Shown piece by piece: positions 40,689 to 50,159 of a stretch of DNA of 64,000 bases (its first letter is position 1; the number at the start of each line of letters is the position of its first letter). Source of the DNA: Pseudomonas sp. (GTDB lineage: Bacteria; Pseudomonadota; Gammaproteobacteria; Pseudomonadales; Pseudomonadaceae). The notes under the pieces are model-generated. The model did not search any database and had not been told where the DNA came from. It saw only the letters and a list, made by a program, of their open reading frames with translations. A program made the position numbers and the translations under genes. The DNA lies in NCBI GenBank assembly GCA_035655415.1, contig DASRUM010000251.1, positions 49,342-113,341 on the forward strand, given 5' to 3'.

Positions 40689-41638
40689 TCGAAGTATCAG
40701 TAGTCGCCCGTAACAACCAGGCCCAGGATATCTGCAGTTTCGAACTGGCCCGCCTCGACGGCGCGCCTCTGCCGGCATTCACCGCTGGCGCCCATATCGA
40801 CGTGCACCTGCCTGGCGGCCTGGTCCGCCAATACTCGCTGTGCAACCCACCCTGGGAAAACCAGAGTTACCTGATCGGCGTGCTCAAGGACCCCGCCTCG
40901 CGCGGCGGTTCCCAGGCCATGCACGAACAGATGCAGGTGGGGCAGACGCTCTTGATCAGCGAGCCGCGCAACCTCTTCCCGCTGAGCGAGAATGCCCAGC
41001 GCAGCCTGCTGTTCGCCGGTGGTATCGGCATCACCCCGATCCTGTGCATGGCCGAGCGTTTGTACCAGCTCGGTGCCGAGTTCGAGTTGCACTACTGCGC
41101 CCGCTCCATTGAACGCGCAGCCTTTGTCGAGCGCCTGCAGACCGCGCCCTTCGCCGAACGCGTGCACCTGCATTTCGACGACGGCGATGCCGAGCAGCGC
41201 CTGGATGCCGCCAACCTGCTGGCCAATCCCAATCCCGGCACGCACCTGTATGTCTGCGGCCCGGGCGGTTTTATGGAGCATGTGCTGAGCACGGCCAAGG
41301 CCCAGGGTTGGCCAGACGAACGCGCACACCGCGAGTATTTCGCCGCCGCACCCATCGATCACGCCAACGACGGCAGCTTCGCCGTGCAGCTCAACAGCAG
41401 CGGCCAGATCATCCAGATTCCCGCCGACCAGAGCGTCGCCGAAGCGCTGGAAGCGTCCGGCATTCTGATCCCACTGTCCTGCGAGCAAGGCATCTGCGGC
41501 ACCTGCCTGACCCGTGTACTGGCCGGCGAACCGGAACACCGCGACCTGTTCCTCACCGAAGCCGAACAGGCACAGAACGACCAATTCACCCCCTGCTGCT
41601 CGCGGGCGAAGAGTCCGTTGCTGGTGTTGGATTTGTAG
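40685..41638 (+). CDS. vanB: Vanillate O-demethylase reductase
   Basis: [21 protein letters not shown]...C; overlaps the vanA stop. Confidence 0.95.
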   Translation: MIEVSVVARNNQAQDICSFELARLDGAPLPAFTAGAHIDVHLPGGLVRQYSLCNPPWENQSYLIGVLKDPASRGGSQAMHEQMQVGQTLLISEPRNLFPLSENAQRSLLFAGGIGITPILCMAERLYQLGAEFELHYCARSIERAAFVERLQTAPFAERVHLHFDDGDAEQRLDAANLLANPNPGTHLYVCGPGGFMEHVLSTAKAQGWPDERAHREYFAAAPIDHANDGSFAVQLNSSGQIIQIPADQSVAEALEASGILIPLSCEQGICGTCLTRVLAGEPEHRDLFLTEAEQAQNDQFTPCCSRAKSPLLVLDL

Positions 41639-41823
41639 GGCGGACATGCCGAAGGCTTGTCCACCATCCGGGCCACCTACCTCGCTCTGGTAGCCCGGAT
41701 GCAATCCGGGAAAATCTCCGCCGCGGCAACAAATTTCCCGGATTGCGCTGGCGCTTATTCGGGCTACGAAACGGTAGCAGCCAGCCTGCATCGACACCCG
41801 TAGGAGCGGGCCATGCCCGCGAT
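41635..41823. repeat. Mixed REP cluster between vanB and vanR
   Basis: GTAGGGCGGACA..TGTCCACC, GTAGCCCGGATGCAATCCGGG, inverted CCCGGATTG..TTCGGGCTAC, GTAGGAGCGGGCCATGCCCGCGA. Confidence 0.78.
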
Positions 41824-41871
41824 GCTCTTGTGCCCGTATCGAGGGCATGGAGCTAGGCATAATCCCAACGC

Positions 41872-42603
41872 TTACGACCGCTCTTCTGCCGCGCCCTTCT
41901 GAATCACCTTCACCCCTTCACTGGCCCCCTGGGTCGGGCCGAAGATTTCCGCGTAGCGCAGGGTCGCGTTGGCGTGCTCGCGCATAATTGCCTCGGCCCG
42001 CGAGCCCTGACCGTTGACTAGGGCGTCGAACACCGCATGGTGCTGCATATGGGCGAAATTGAAGCGGCGGTATTCGCGGGCCATATCGTGCAGGTCGACC
42101 GCCAGCGAGCTGACCGAGGCAAACGGCAGGTGGTCGTTGCGCGCCAGGGCCTCGGCGATGGCCGGATTGCCGCTGGCGGCGATGATCAGCTGATGAAAGC
42201 GCATATTGAGGTCGTGGTAGCTCTCCAGATCCTCTTCCAGCACATGGCCCTTCTGAAACAGTCGGTCACCCTGCTCCAGGCATTGCTGCAAAGCCTCGCG
42301 TACCTCGGCGTTGATGCCGCGTTCCGCCGCCTGGCGCGCGGCCAGACCCTCGAGCACCCCGCGCACCTCCACCGCACCGGCGATATCGGCCGGGCTGACC
42401 GCACGCACGGTGTAGCCGCGCCCTGCGCATTTGACCAGCAGCCCCTCCTGCTCCAGGGTACGAAAGGCGATACGCACCGGCGTGCGCGACACCTCGAGCA
42501 ATTCGGCGGTGGGAATCTCGGCAATGCGCTCGCCCGCGGCCAGCTCCCCGGAGGCGATCATCTTGCGCAGCGCGATCAGAACGCGCTGACCCGGCTTACT
42601 CAT
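41872..42603 (-). CDS. vanR: GntR/FCD vanillate repressor
   Basis: MSKPGQRVLIALRKMIASGEL, VSRTPVR HTH; convergent with vanAB. Confidence 0.88.
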   Translation of the reverse strand: MSKPGQRVLIALRKMIASGELAAGERIAEIPTAELLEVSRTPVRIAFRTLEQEGLLVKCAGRGYTVRAVSPADIAGAVEVRGVLEGLAARQAAERGINAEVREALQQCLEQGDRLFQKGHVLEEDLESYHDLNMRFHQLIIAASGNPAIAEALARNDHLPFASVSSLAVDLHDMAREYRRFNFAHMQHHAVFDALVNGQGSRAEAIMREHANATLRYAEIFGPTQGASEGVKVIQKGAAEERS

Positions 42604-42657
42604 AACTGTCCCCAGCCAGTTCCCAATGCGCGCCATCATAGCGCAGCCAGGGCGCGA

Positions 42658-43317
42658 TCAACCCAGCGCCCCGCGGGCCATAAAACAGCGGCTGAACATG
42701 CCCAGGGCCACCTCGACCCGTTCGCCGATCTGCTCGTCGGACCAGCTCTGCTGCACCCCCAGGGTGAACAGTTTGAGCGGCTGCGAGATCAGCAGCGCGT
42801 CAATCAGCTCGACCGCTGGTTCTACATCCTCGCGCGCCAGCAGGCCCTTGCCCGCGGCCTTGCCCAGCCAGCCACGCAGCAGGTTAAGGCAACGCTCGGC
42901 ACCCTCCTGATACCAGATCCGCGCGATACCCGGCGCATTCTCGCGGCCCTGCGCAGCCATCAGGTAGATGCCCAGGGCCAACGGCGACAGGGTCAGGCGC
43001 GCCCACAGGTACAGGTACATACGCAGCTCGCTAAGCAGGCCCTCGGCACAGTCGATGCCGCTTTCCAGCAGCAACTCGAGGGTCGACAGGTCGCGGGCCA
43101 CCAGCTGCGACATCAGCTCTTCCTTGCTGGCTACCAGTTGATAGAGGGTTTTCTTCGAAATGCCCGCCGAACGCGCGATGGCGTCCATGGTGACATTGGC
43201 AAAATTGCCGCTGCCGATCTCGGTCGCCGCGGCGTCCAGCAGCAGGCTCATCTGCTCATCGCGACTGCGCAGCGGCGGCCGGCCGCGTCGGGGGAGCTGA
43301 GGGGTGGTTTCAGACAT
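42658..43317 (-). CDS. TetR/AcrR-family regulator
   Basis: RRGRPP, TMDAIARSAGISKKTLY HTH. Confidence 0.88.
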   Translation of the reverse strand: MSETTPQLPRRGRPPLRSRDEQMSLLLDAAATEIGSGNFANVTMDAIARSAGISKKTLYQLVASKEELMSQLVARDLSTLELLLESGIDCAEGLLSELRMYLYLWARLTLSPLALGIYLMAAQGRENAPGIARIWYQEGAERCLNLLRGWLGKAAGKGLLAREDVEPAVELIDALLISQPLKLFTLGVQQSWSDEQIGERVEVALGMFSRCFMARGALG

Positions 43318-43488
43318 AAGAAATTCTGCTGATCGGCATGACTTGGGATCCTGGCGGCCAGCGCCATGGAGTGCCGCGTAGCTTACCGCGGCATACCGGT
43401 AAACGCCGCGTCGATCGAACCGCCCGGTATGCGGCCTGAATGCCAATATCCTGAATGCCGAAATGTAGGAGCCAGGGTGTCCCCGGAT

Positions 43489-44424
43489 CTAGGCCAACGC
43501 ACCCGCACCTCTCACCTCGGCCACTGCCTCAAGCTGAAACGCCTCACGCAACCCATCCTCCATCAACTGCCAAGCCTGCTCCGCCGAGTCGTCCGGCCCC
43601 AGGTGGGTAAACATATGGTCGCAGCCGGCGAACATCCGCTCGGTCACCGTCACCCCGGCCTGGCGCAGCTTCTCGGCGTAGGCTTCACCTTCAAGCCGCA
43701 GGATGTCGTACTCGGCGGTAATCAGGGTGGCTGGCGGCATGCCACGCAGCTCGTCAACCGCCAGCAGCAACGGCGAAACCAGCGGATCGCGGGCCTGGGC
43801 CGGATCGCTCAGGTAGCAGCTATTGAAGAAGCGCATCAGGCCGACGCCGAGCAAGGGCTTGTCGAGAGTCGAGGTCTTCAACTCTGGTGCCTGACTCAGA
43901 TCCAGCGCGGCATAGTCGATCAGCTGATGCACCACCCGTAGCCGTTGATGCCCACGCGCCAGGTTGGCCACGCCGGTGGCCAAATTACCGCCGGCGCTAT
44001 GCCCGCCAACGGCGATACGCTGCGGATCGATGCCCAGCGTGGCGGCCTGTTCGGCCAGCCATTCGAGCACCGCAAAGCTCTGGCGCAAGCCGGCGGGAAA
44101 GGGATGCTCAGGGGCCAGCACATAATCGACATTGACCACCAGGCAGCCGAGGTTATGCGCCAGGCGGCGACAATAGCTGTCGTCGTGCTCGGGCACCCCG
44201 GCGACGAAGCCGCCGCCATGCAGGTTCAGGTACACCGGCAAGGGCTGCGCCGACTCTGTGTTGGACCAGTAGAACAGCGCCCGCGCCGGCCCCCAGGCAG
44301 TCGGGACATATTCCTCGGTCACCTTACGCAACGGATACTGCGCCGCGTCGTAGACGAATTTACCTTTCATGCGTTTGGCAAAGGCGCGCAGCAGCTTGGC
44401 CTTAAGGTTTTTTAGCAACGGCAT
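43489..44424 (-). CDS. HSL-family (family IV) esterase
   Basis: HGGGF oxyanion motif, GHSAG, EYDIL Asp, DHMF His; ATG 44424 with SD AAGGAG. Confidence 0.88.
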   Translation of the reverse strand: MPLLKNLKAKLLRAFAKRMKGKFVYDAAQYPLRKVTEEYVPTAWGPARALFYWSNTESAQPLPVYLNLHGGGFVAGVPEHDDSYCRRLAHNLGCLVVNVDYVLAPEHPFPAGLRQSFAVLEWLAEQAATLGIDPQRIAVGGHSAGGNLATGVANLARGHQRLRVVHQLIDYAALDLSQAPELKTSTLDKPLLGVGLMRFFNSCYLSDPAQARDPLVSPLLLAVDELRGMPPATLITAEYDILRLEGEAYAEKLRQAGVTVTERMFAGCDHMFTHLGPDDSAEQAWQLMEDGLREAFQLEAVAEVRGAGALA

Positions 44425-44447
44425 AATCGGACTCCTTAACGGCTCAA

Positions 44448-45890
44448 TCAATTAGCGGTCAGCAGCTGGTCCAGCAGCCCATGAATCATCTCGCCATAAG
44501 GCGCGCGCATCGCCAGGTTGGACTCGCCAATCGGGCTCTGCACCACCACCGCCTTGGCGTGGCTAAAGGTGCGGAAGCCATAGACGCCATGGTAGGCCCC
44601 CATGCCCGAGTGGCCGACGCCGCCGAAGGGCAGTTCTTCGAACAGCACATGGCTCATGCAGTCATTGATCACCACTGCGCCCGAGGTGGTGCGTTCGAGC
44701 ATCTGCTGGCGCTCGCCGGCATCCTCGCCGAAGTAGTAGGCCGCCAGGGGCCGTGGCTGCTGGTTGACATGGTCGATGGCCGCGCTGAAATCGCGGTAGG
44801 TCTTGATCGGCAACAAAGGACCAAAGATTTCCTCGCGCAGCACCTGCATCTGCTCGTTGGTATCGAGTATCAGGGTCGGGGCGATCTTGCGAGTCTCGCG
44901 GTCGCTCAGGTCTTCCTGCGCCGGGTTGATCTCGACCAAGTACGCGCCCTTGGCGTGGGCATCGGCGAGGTAGCTGCGCAGGCGATCGAAGTGGCGCGGG
45001 TTGATGATCGAGGTGTAGTCGGGGTTGCTGCGCAGGGTTGGATACATCTCGCTGACAAAACGCACGGCCTCGGCGACGAAGTCACCCAGCAACTCCTCCG
45101 GCAGCAGCAGATAGTCCGGGGCCAGGCAGATCTGCCCGGCGTTGAAGGTCTTCACCGTCATCACCCGCTGCACCACGGTGGCCAGGTCGGCGCTGCGTGA
45201 GACCAGCACCGGCGACTTGCCGCCCAGCTCCAAGGTTACCGGCACCAGGTTGTCCGCGGCGGCACGCATGATAAGCCGACCTACCGCCGTGCCACCGGTA
45301 AAGATCAGGTGATCGAAGGGCTGTGCACTGAACAGCGCACCAACCTCGGCGCTGCCCAGTACGGTGCTCAGTTCGTTAGCATCGAAGTAACGGGCGATCA
45401 GTTCAGCGAGCAGCGCCGAGGTGCACGGGGTCAGTTCGGAGGGTTTGAGCATGGCGCGGTTGCCGGCTGCGAAGATGCTCGCCAGCGGGCCGAAGGCCAG
45501 GACGATGGGGAAGTTCCACGGGCTGATCACCCCGACCACGCCCAACGGCTGGTAGTCGACCCGCGCTTCGCAGCCGGGGAACGGTGCCTGGTGGGCATCG
45601 GACTGCATCCACTCAGCCAAGTGCTCGCGGCAGTGCTTGAGGCTGGCCACCGAGCCGGCGATATCGGACAGCAGGGTCTGCTCACGGCTGCGGTTGCCGA
45701 AGTCCGCGGATACCGCGGCGACTATCTCTTCACGGTTATCCAGCAACAGGGCGATGGCCCGGTCAAGGCGGTCGCGGCGCAGCTCCAGGCTGGCCGGGCC
45801 CTCGGCCAGATGGGCCTGTTTCATGGCGGCGAGGGCCGCAGCGAGTTGTTCGGCGCTGACCGCCGCAGTCTGGTGACCGAGAATGCTCAT
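44448..45890 (-). CDS. calB: Coniferyl aldehyde dehydrogenase
   Basis: MSILG...ADFGNRSREQTLL as in HR199 CalB (recalled); PWNFP, LELGGKSP, GQIC, EEIFGP. Confidence 0.9.
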   Translation of the reverse strand: MSILGHQTAAVSAEQLAAALAAMKQAHLAEGPASLELRRDRLDRAIALLLDNREEIVAAVSADFGNRSREQTLLSDIAGSVASLKHCREHLAEWMQSDAHQAPFPGCEARVDYQPLGVVGVISPWNFPIVLAFGPLASIFAAGNRAMLKPSELTPCTSALLAELIARYFDANELSTVLGSAEVGALFSAQPFDHLIFTGGTAVGRLIMRAAADNLVPVTLELGGKSPVLVSRSADLATVVQRVMTVKTFNAGQICLAPDYLLLPEELLGDFVAEAVRFVSEMYPTLRSNPDYTSIINPRHFDRLRSYLADAHAKGAYLVEINPAQEDLSDRETRKIAPTLILDTNEQMQVLREEIFGPLLPIKTYRDFSAAIDHVNQQPRPLAAYYFGEDAGERQQMLERTTSGAVVINDCMSHVLFEELPFGGVGHSGMGAYHGVYGFRTFSHAKAVVVQSPIGESNLAMRAPYGEMIHGLLDQLLTAN

Positions 45891-46226
45891 GGGGTAATTT
45901 TCCTGCTGGTTGAATTGTTATTAGCCAGCACTAAGTGCTGGACCAGCCGGCACCTCTGCCGACTCGATGGCTGGAGTATGGCAAAAAACACAACAAAGGA
46001 AACTACCAGGTTTCCTTATTTTTAAATTTCTGACTAAAGGCTCTACCCCTTCAAACAAGGGGCCATTGAATAGTCCTGGGCAATACCACGCCCGCCCATG
46101 GATTTCCCCGAAACGCCGCGGGCGGTTTTAGCAACTGGCCAAACCCTGGCTATTGGTGCGAAACTGATTAGGCTTATTAACCAGTATCCATTTCGGCAAC
46201 CCCTAGCGAGCACCCGGTTCCAGCCA

Positions 46227-46718
46227 ATGGCCAAGAAAAGCCCCCCCACCCCAGAAGTGAACAGCCCAGCCACCGAGCCGAGCGACACCCTGCTCAGCCA
46301 GCTGATCGGTTACGCCCTGCGCCGCGCGCAGCTAAAGGTTGCGCAGAATCTGGTCGAGCAACTCAACCCCTTCGACCTGCGCCCCGCCCAGTTCTCCGCC
46401 CTGCTGATTATCGAGGCCAGCCCCGGCCTGATGCAGACCGACCTGGCGAGCATCCTCGCCATCGAGCCACCGCAGGTAGTGACGCTGCTAAACAAGCTGG
46501 AAAAACTCGGCCTCGCCGTGCGCGTGCGCTGCAAGCCGGACAAACGCTCCTACGGCATCTTCCTCAGCAAGGCCGGGGAAACCCTGCTCAAGCAACTCAA
46601 GGAAATCGCCGCCACCAGCGACCGCGAAGCCACCGCTGCGCTCGATGAGGGCGAACGCCAGCAGCTGCTGCAGTTGCTGCACAAGGTCTATCGGCAGGAC
46701 GGCAATGGCACGGATTGA
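46227..46718 (+). CDS. MarR-family hydroxycinnamoyl-CoA-responsive regulator (FerR/CouR-like)
   Basis: IGYALRRAQ, LRPAQFSAL, DKRSY wing; adjacent to fcs/ech/vdh; candidate autoregulatory site ACTGATTA-N7-TAACCAGT at 46163-46185. Confidence 0.85.
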   Translation: MAKKSPPTPEVNSPATEPSDTLLSQLIGYALRRAQLKVAQNLVEQLNPFDLRPAQFSALLIIEASPGLMQTDLASILAIEPPQVVTLLNKLEKLGLAVRVRCKPDKRSYGIFLSKAGETLLKQLKEIAATSDREATAALDEGERQQLLQLLHKVYRQDGNGTD

Positions 46719-46730
46719 GCGCCGCCCCTC

Positions 46731-46868
46731 GGTGCGCACGGCGCACCCTACAAAACTGATCGTCGAGCCTCGCTGATATGCGCCCAACCCTTGGGAGAGA
46801 CTGGGCGGCACCCCGCTTTAGCCGCGATAACAACGATTGAAAGCTCGCCGCTAAAGCGCCTCCCACGC
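46731..46868. repeat. REP elements between marR and aat
   Basis: GGTGCGCACGGCGCACCCTAC (46731-46751) plus degenerate GCTTTAGCCGCGA / TCGCCGCTAAAGCGCCTCCCAC pair. Confidence 0.7.
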
Positions 46869-46910
46869 CGTTGCGCCGTGGCGAAGCTCGCGGCCAAAAC
46901 CCACGCTCTG

Positions 46911-48158
46911 TTAACCCCGCTCGAACGCCGGATTCTCGAGCAGCACCGCCATACCCTGACCACCACCGATACAGGCGGCGGCGATGCCGTAGCGCTGGTT
47001 GGCTGCGCGCAACTGTCGGGCCAGGCTCAGGGTCAGGCGCAAGCCGGTGGCGGCCAGCGGATGGCCGAGGGCGATGGAGCCGCCTTGCGGGTTGAGGCGC
47101 TGCGGGTCGAGCTGCAATTCACGCTGCACCGCCAGTACCTGGGCGGCCTGGGCTTCGTTGATTTCAAAGCGGGCGATATCGTCCAGACGCAAGCCGCTGC
47201 GTTCCAGCAATAGGCGGATCGCCGGGGCCGGGCCGATGCCCATTAATTCCGGTGCCACGCCCACCACCGCAGTCGCCAGCAAGCGCGCCAATGGCCTGCG
47301 CCCCGCTGCCGCGCTGGCGGAGCCGACCAGGGCCGCCGCCGCGCCGTCGACCACCGCGCAACTGTTGCCGGCGGTCTGCACGCCGCCGGCATGAATCGCG
47401 CGCAGGCGTGAGAGCGCCGCCAGACTGGTCGGCCGCGGATGGCTGTCTTGGGTGAGCGATTCGACCCCACGCGGCAAGACGACTCCACGGGGTTGATAGC
47501 CGTCCAGCGCGAAGGATTCGCTGTGCACACTGACAATCTCGTCGGCGAACAGACCCTCGTTCTGCGCCGCCAGGGCCAACGCGAAACTGCGCAAGGCGTA
47601 GGCATCGGCCTCCTCGCGAACAACCCCATAACGCCGCGCCAGGTTTTCCGCGGTGCCGATCATGTCGATATCCGCCGCCGGGTCGAACAGCGCCTCCCAG
47701 AGGAAATCCTTGAACTCCACCCCAGCACCGAGGCGGAAACCGCCGCGGTGGGTATAGGCGGCGATAGGGTTGCGTGACATCGACTCGGCCGCGACGCACA
47801 GGGCCAACTCGGCTCTCCCGGCGGCAATCTGCTCGCCGGCCTGGCGCAGCAGCTCGAAACCTGTACCGCAGATGCGCTGCACGCCCAAGGCCGGCACCGT
47901 CTGCGGCACGCCGCTGTACAGGCCGATATGGCGCGGCAGCATATAGGCATCGAAACTCGCCTGGGCCACGCAACCGGCCAATACCGAGTCCACCGCAGCT
48001 GGATCGATCTCGGCGCGGCGCAGCACTTCGCGGCCGACCTTGATCCCCAGGTCGGTCGGAGAGACCAAACCCAGGGCACCGCCGTAATCGCACCAGGGCG
48101 TGCGCACGGCCTCGAGCATCAGCACATCGTCGAACGCCGAATAGAGACCGCCGGCCAT
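46911..48158 (-). CDS. aat: Beta-ketothiolase of the ferulate cluster
   Basis: QRICGTG, INEAQA, GHPLAATG, CIGGGQG; directly downstream of fcs. Confidence 0.85.
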   Translation of the reverse strand: MAGGLYSAFDDVLMLEAVRTPWCDYGGALGLVSPTDLGIKVGREVLRRAEIDPAAVDSVLAGCVAQASFDAYMLPRHIGLYSGVPQTVPALGVQRICGTGFELLRQAGEQIAAGRAELALCVAAESMSRNPIAAYTHRGGFRLGAGVEFKDFLWEALFDPAADIDMIGTAENLARRYGVVREEADAYALRSFALALAAQNEGLFADEIVSVHSESFALDGYQPRGVVLPRGVESLTQDSHPRPTSLAALSRLRAIHAGGVQTAGNSCAVVDGAAAALVGSASAAAGRRPLARLLATAVVGVAPELMGIGPAPAIRLLLERSGLRLDDIARFEINEAQAAQVLAVQRELQLDPQRLNPQGGSIALGHPLAATGLRLTLSLARQLRAANQRYGIAAACIGGGQGMAVLLENPAFERG

Positions 48159-48160
48159 GC

Positions 48161-50023
48161 TTAGCGCTCCGCCGTTACACGTTGCGGATCTGCGCCCTGG
48201 TAGAGGGCGTCGATGCGCTCGGCGCGGCAACTGAGGATCACCCGCTGGTTGAGCGAGCCCTTGTCGGTGACCTCGCCCTTGTCCAGCGACGGCGGTTCGC
48301 TCATCAAACAGGCCCAGGCCAGGCGCGAGGCGCTGCCGGTGGCCTGTTGGTTGAGCTGTTCGAGCAGCTCACTCAGCCAGGCCCGCACCTGCGGCGCGGC
48401 CAACACCTGCTCGGCCGTGGCCTTGGGCGACAAACCGGCCAGCTCGCGGCAGGCCGCCAGCTGCGGGAACACCAGCAGGCCGATACATTCGCGGTTCGGC
48501 GCGGTCACCACCACATCCTGGATATAGGGCGCGCCGGCCATGATCACCCGCGTGCGCAACGGACCGACGCTGACGAACACCCCGGTGTTGAGCTTGAAGT
48601 CCTCGGCGATGCGGCCGTCGAACATCAGGCCCCATTCCGGGTGCTCGGGGTCAGCCAGCTTCAGCGCATCGCCGGAGCAGTAGAAGCCCTCCTCGTCGAA
48701 GGCCGCGGCGCTCTGCTCGGGCGAGCGCCAGTAGCCGGGCATCACATGCGGGCCACGGAAACGCCCTTCGAGCTTGCCGTCCACCGGCACCAGCTTGACC
48801 TCGCAGCCCGGTGCCGGCAGGCCGACATAACCGGCCATCGACAGCGGCCCGGTGGTAAAGGTGCAGGACGGCGAGGTCTCGGTCATGCCGATGCCCGCCA
48901 TCATGCGGATGCGCTCGCCACAGTGCGCCTCGGCCACCGCATCGAGGCGATCCCAGACCGCCTGCGACAGCCCGGCACCGGCGAAGAAAAACAGCTTGAT
49001 TTGAGCGAAGAAGGTTTCGCGCAGCTCGGCATCCACCTCCAGGGCGGCGACCAGCTCTTCCCAGCCCTTGGGCACGGTGAGGTAGGCGGTCGGCGAAATT
49101 TCGCGCAGGTTGCCCAGGGTCTCGGCGAAATGCTGCGGCGTCGGCTTGCCGTCGTCGATATACAGGGTGCCGCCGTTGTACAGGACGATGCCGACGTTAT
49201 GGCTGCCGCCGAAGGTGTGGTTCCACGGCAGCCAGTCGACCAGCACCGGCGGCGCCTCGCCGAACACCGGGAAGGTCTGCAGGAGCATCTGCTGGTTGGC
49301 GCAGAGCATGCGCTGGGTGGTGATCACCGCCTTGGGCAGCTTGGTCGAACCGCTGGTAAAGAGGAACTTGGCGATGCTGTCGGGGCCGGTCGCGGCAAAG
49401 GCCGCATCCGCCTTATCGCAGGCCTCATTGCCAAGCAGGCTGGCGAACGAGTGACACTCGCGCCCCGCCACCTCGCCCGCGGTCAGCAGTAAAGGCGTGT
49501 CAGCCAGCACCACCGCCTCGATAGCGCGGGCGAAGGCCTGGCCATCGGCGGCGAACACCAGCCCCGGCTGCAACAGCATGCAAATATGCTGCAGCTTGGT
49601 GTAGTCCTGGGCCACCAGCGAATAGGCCGGCGACACCGGGCAATAGGGCACGCCGAGATACAGGGCAGCGCAAGCCACCTGCAGATGCTCCAGATCGTTG
49701 CCGGAGAGAATCAGCAGCGGCCGCTCGACCGACAGATCGAAGCCGAGCAGGCCCTGGGCGATACTGCGTACTCGCCCGAGCATCTCGGCATAGCTGATGC
49801 GCTGCCACTGGCCATCCGCACCGCGCCGCGCAATAAAGGTCTGTTCGGGACGCTCCTCGGCCCAGCGCAGCAGGCGCTCGAGCAGGCGCTGCGGATACGC
49901 CTGCAGCGGCTCCAACGCTTCCATATACAGCGCCTGCCCGACCTCACGCAGTTGCACCGCAGACTTGCCGATCGATACAGGTCGGTAGACGGGTTCGACG
50001 CGACCGCTAGATTGGCTATTCAC
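48161..50023 (-). CDS. fcs: Feruloyl-CoA synthetase
   Basis: FTSGSTKLPK AMP-binding motif, DWLPWNHTFGG, GMTET, GRIAEDFKL, TDKGSLNQR. Confidence 0.95.
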   Translation of the reverse strand: MNSQSSGRVEPVYRPVSIGKSAVQLREVGQALYMEALEPLQAYPQRLLERLLRWAEERPEQTFIARRGADGQWQRISYAEMLGRVRSIAQGLLGFDLSVERPLLILSGNDLEHLQVACAALYLGVPYCPVSPAYSLVAQDYTKLQHICMLLQPGLVFAADGQAFARAIEAVVLADTPLLLTAGEVAGRECHSFASLLGNEACDKADAAFAATGPDSIAKFLFTSGSTKLPKAVITTQRMLCANQQMLLQTFPVFGEAPPVLVDWLPWNHTFGGSHNVGIVLYNGGTLYIDDGKPTPQHFAETLGNLREISPTAYLTVPKGWEELVAALEVDAELRETFFAQIKLFFFAGAGLSQAVWDRLDAVAEAHCGERIRMMAGIGMTETSPSCTFTTGPLSMAGYVGLPAPGCEVKLVPVDGKLEGRFRGPHVMPGYWRSPEQSAAAFDEEGFYCSGDALKLADPEHPEWGLMFDGRIAEDFKLNTGVFVSVGPLRTRVIMAGAPYIQDVVVTAPNRECIGLLVFPQLAACRELAGLSPKATAEQVLAAPQVRAWLSELLEQLNQQATGSASRLAWACLMSEPPSLDKGEVTDKGSLNQRVILSCRAERIDALYQGADPQRVTAER

Positions 50024-50159
50024 CTGTGAAACTCCTCAGCAAAGCATTCCCGGACTGCCGGCCGCCCCACTTCATGGAGGCGCGACCGGGCCCGAGCTGA
50101 TTGTTCTTGTCGTGCTGCTTGCCTGTTAAGGATCTGCGCAGCAGATCCTGTGCAGGTTT

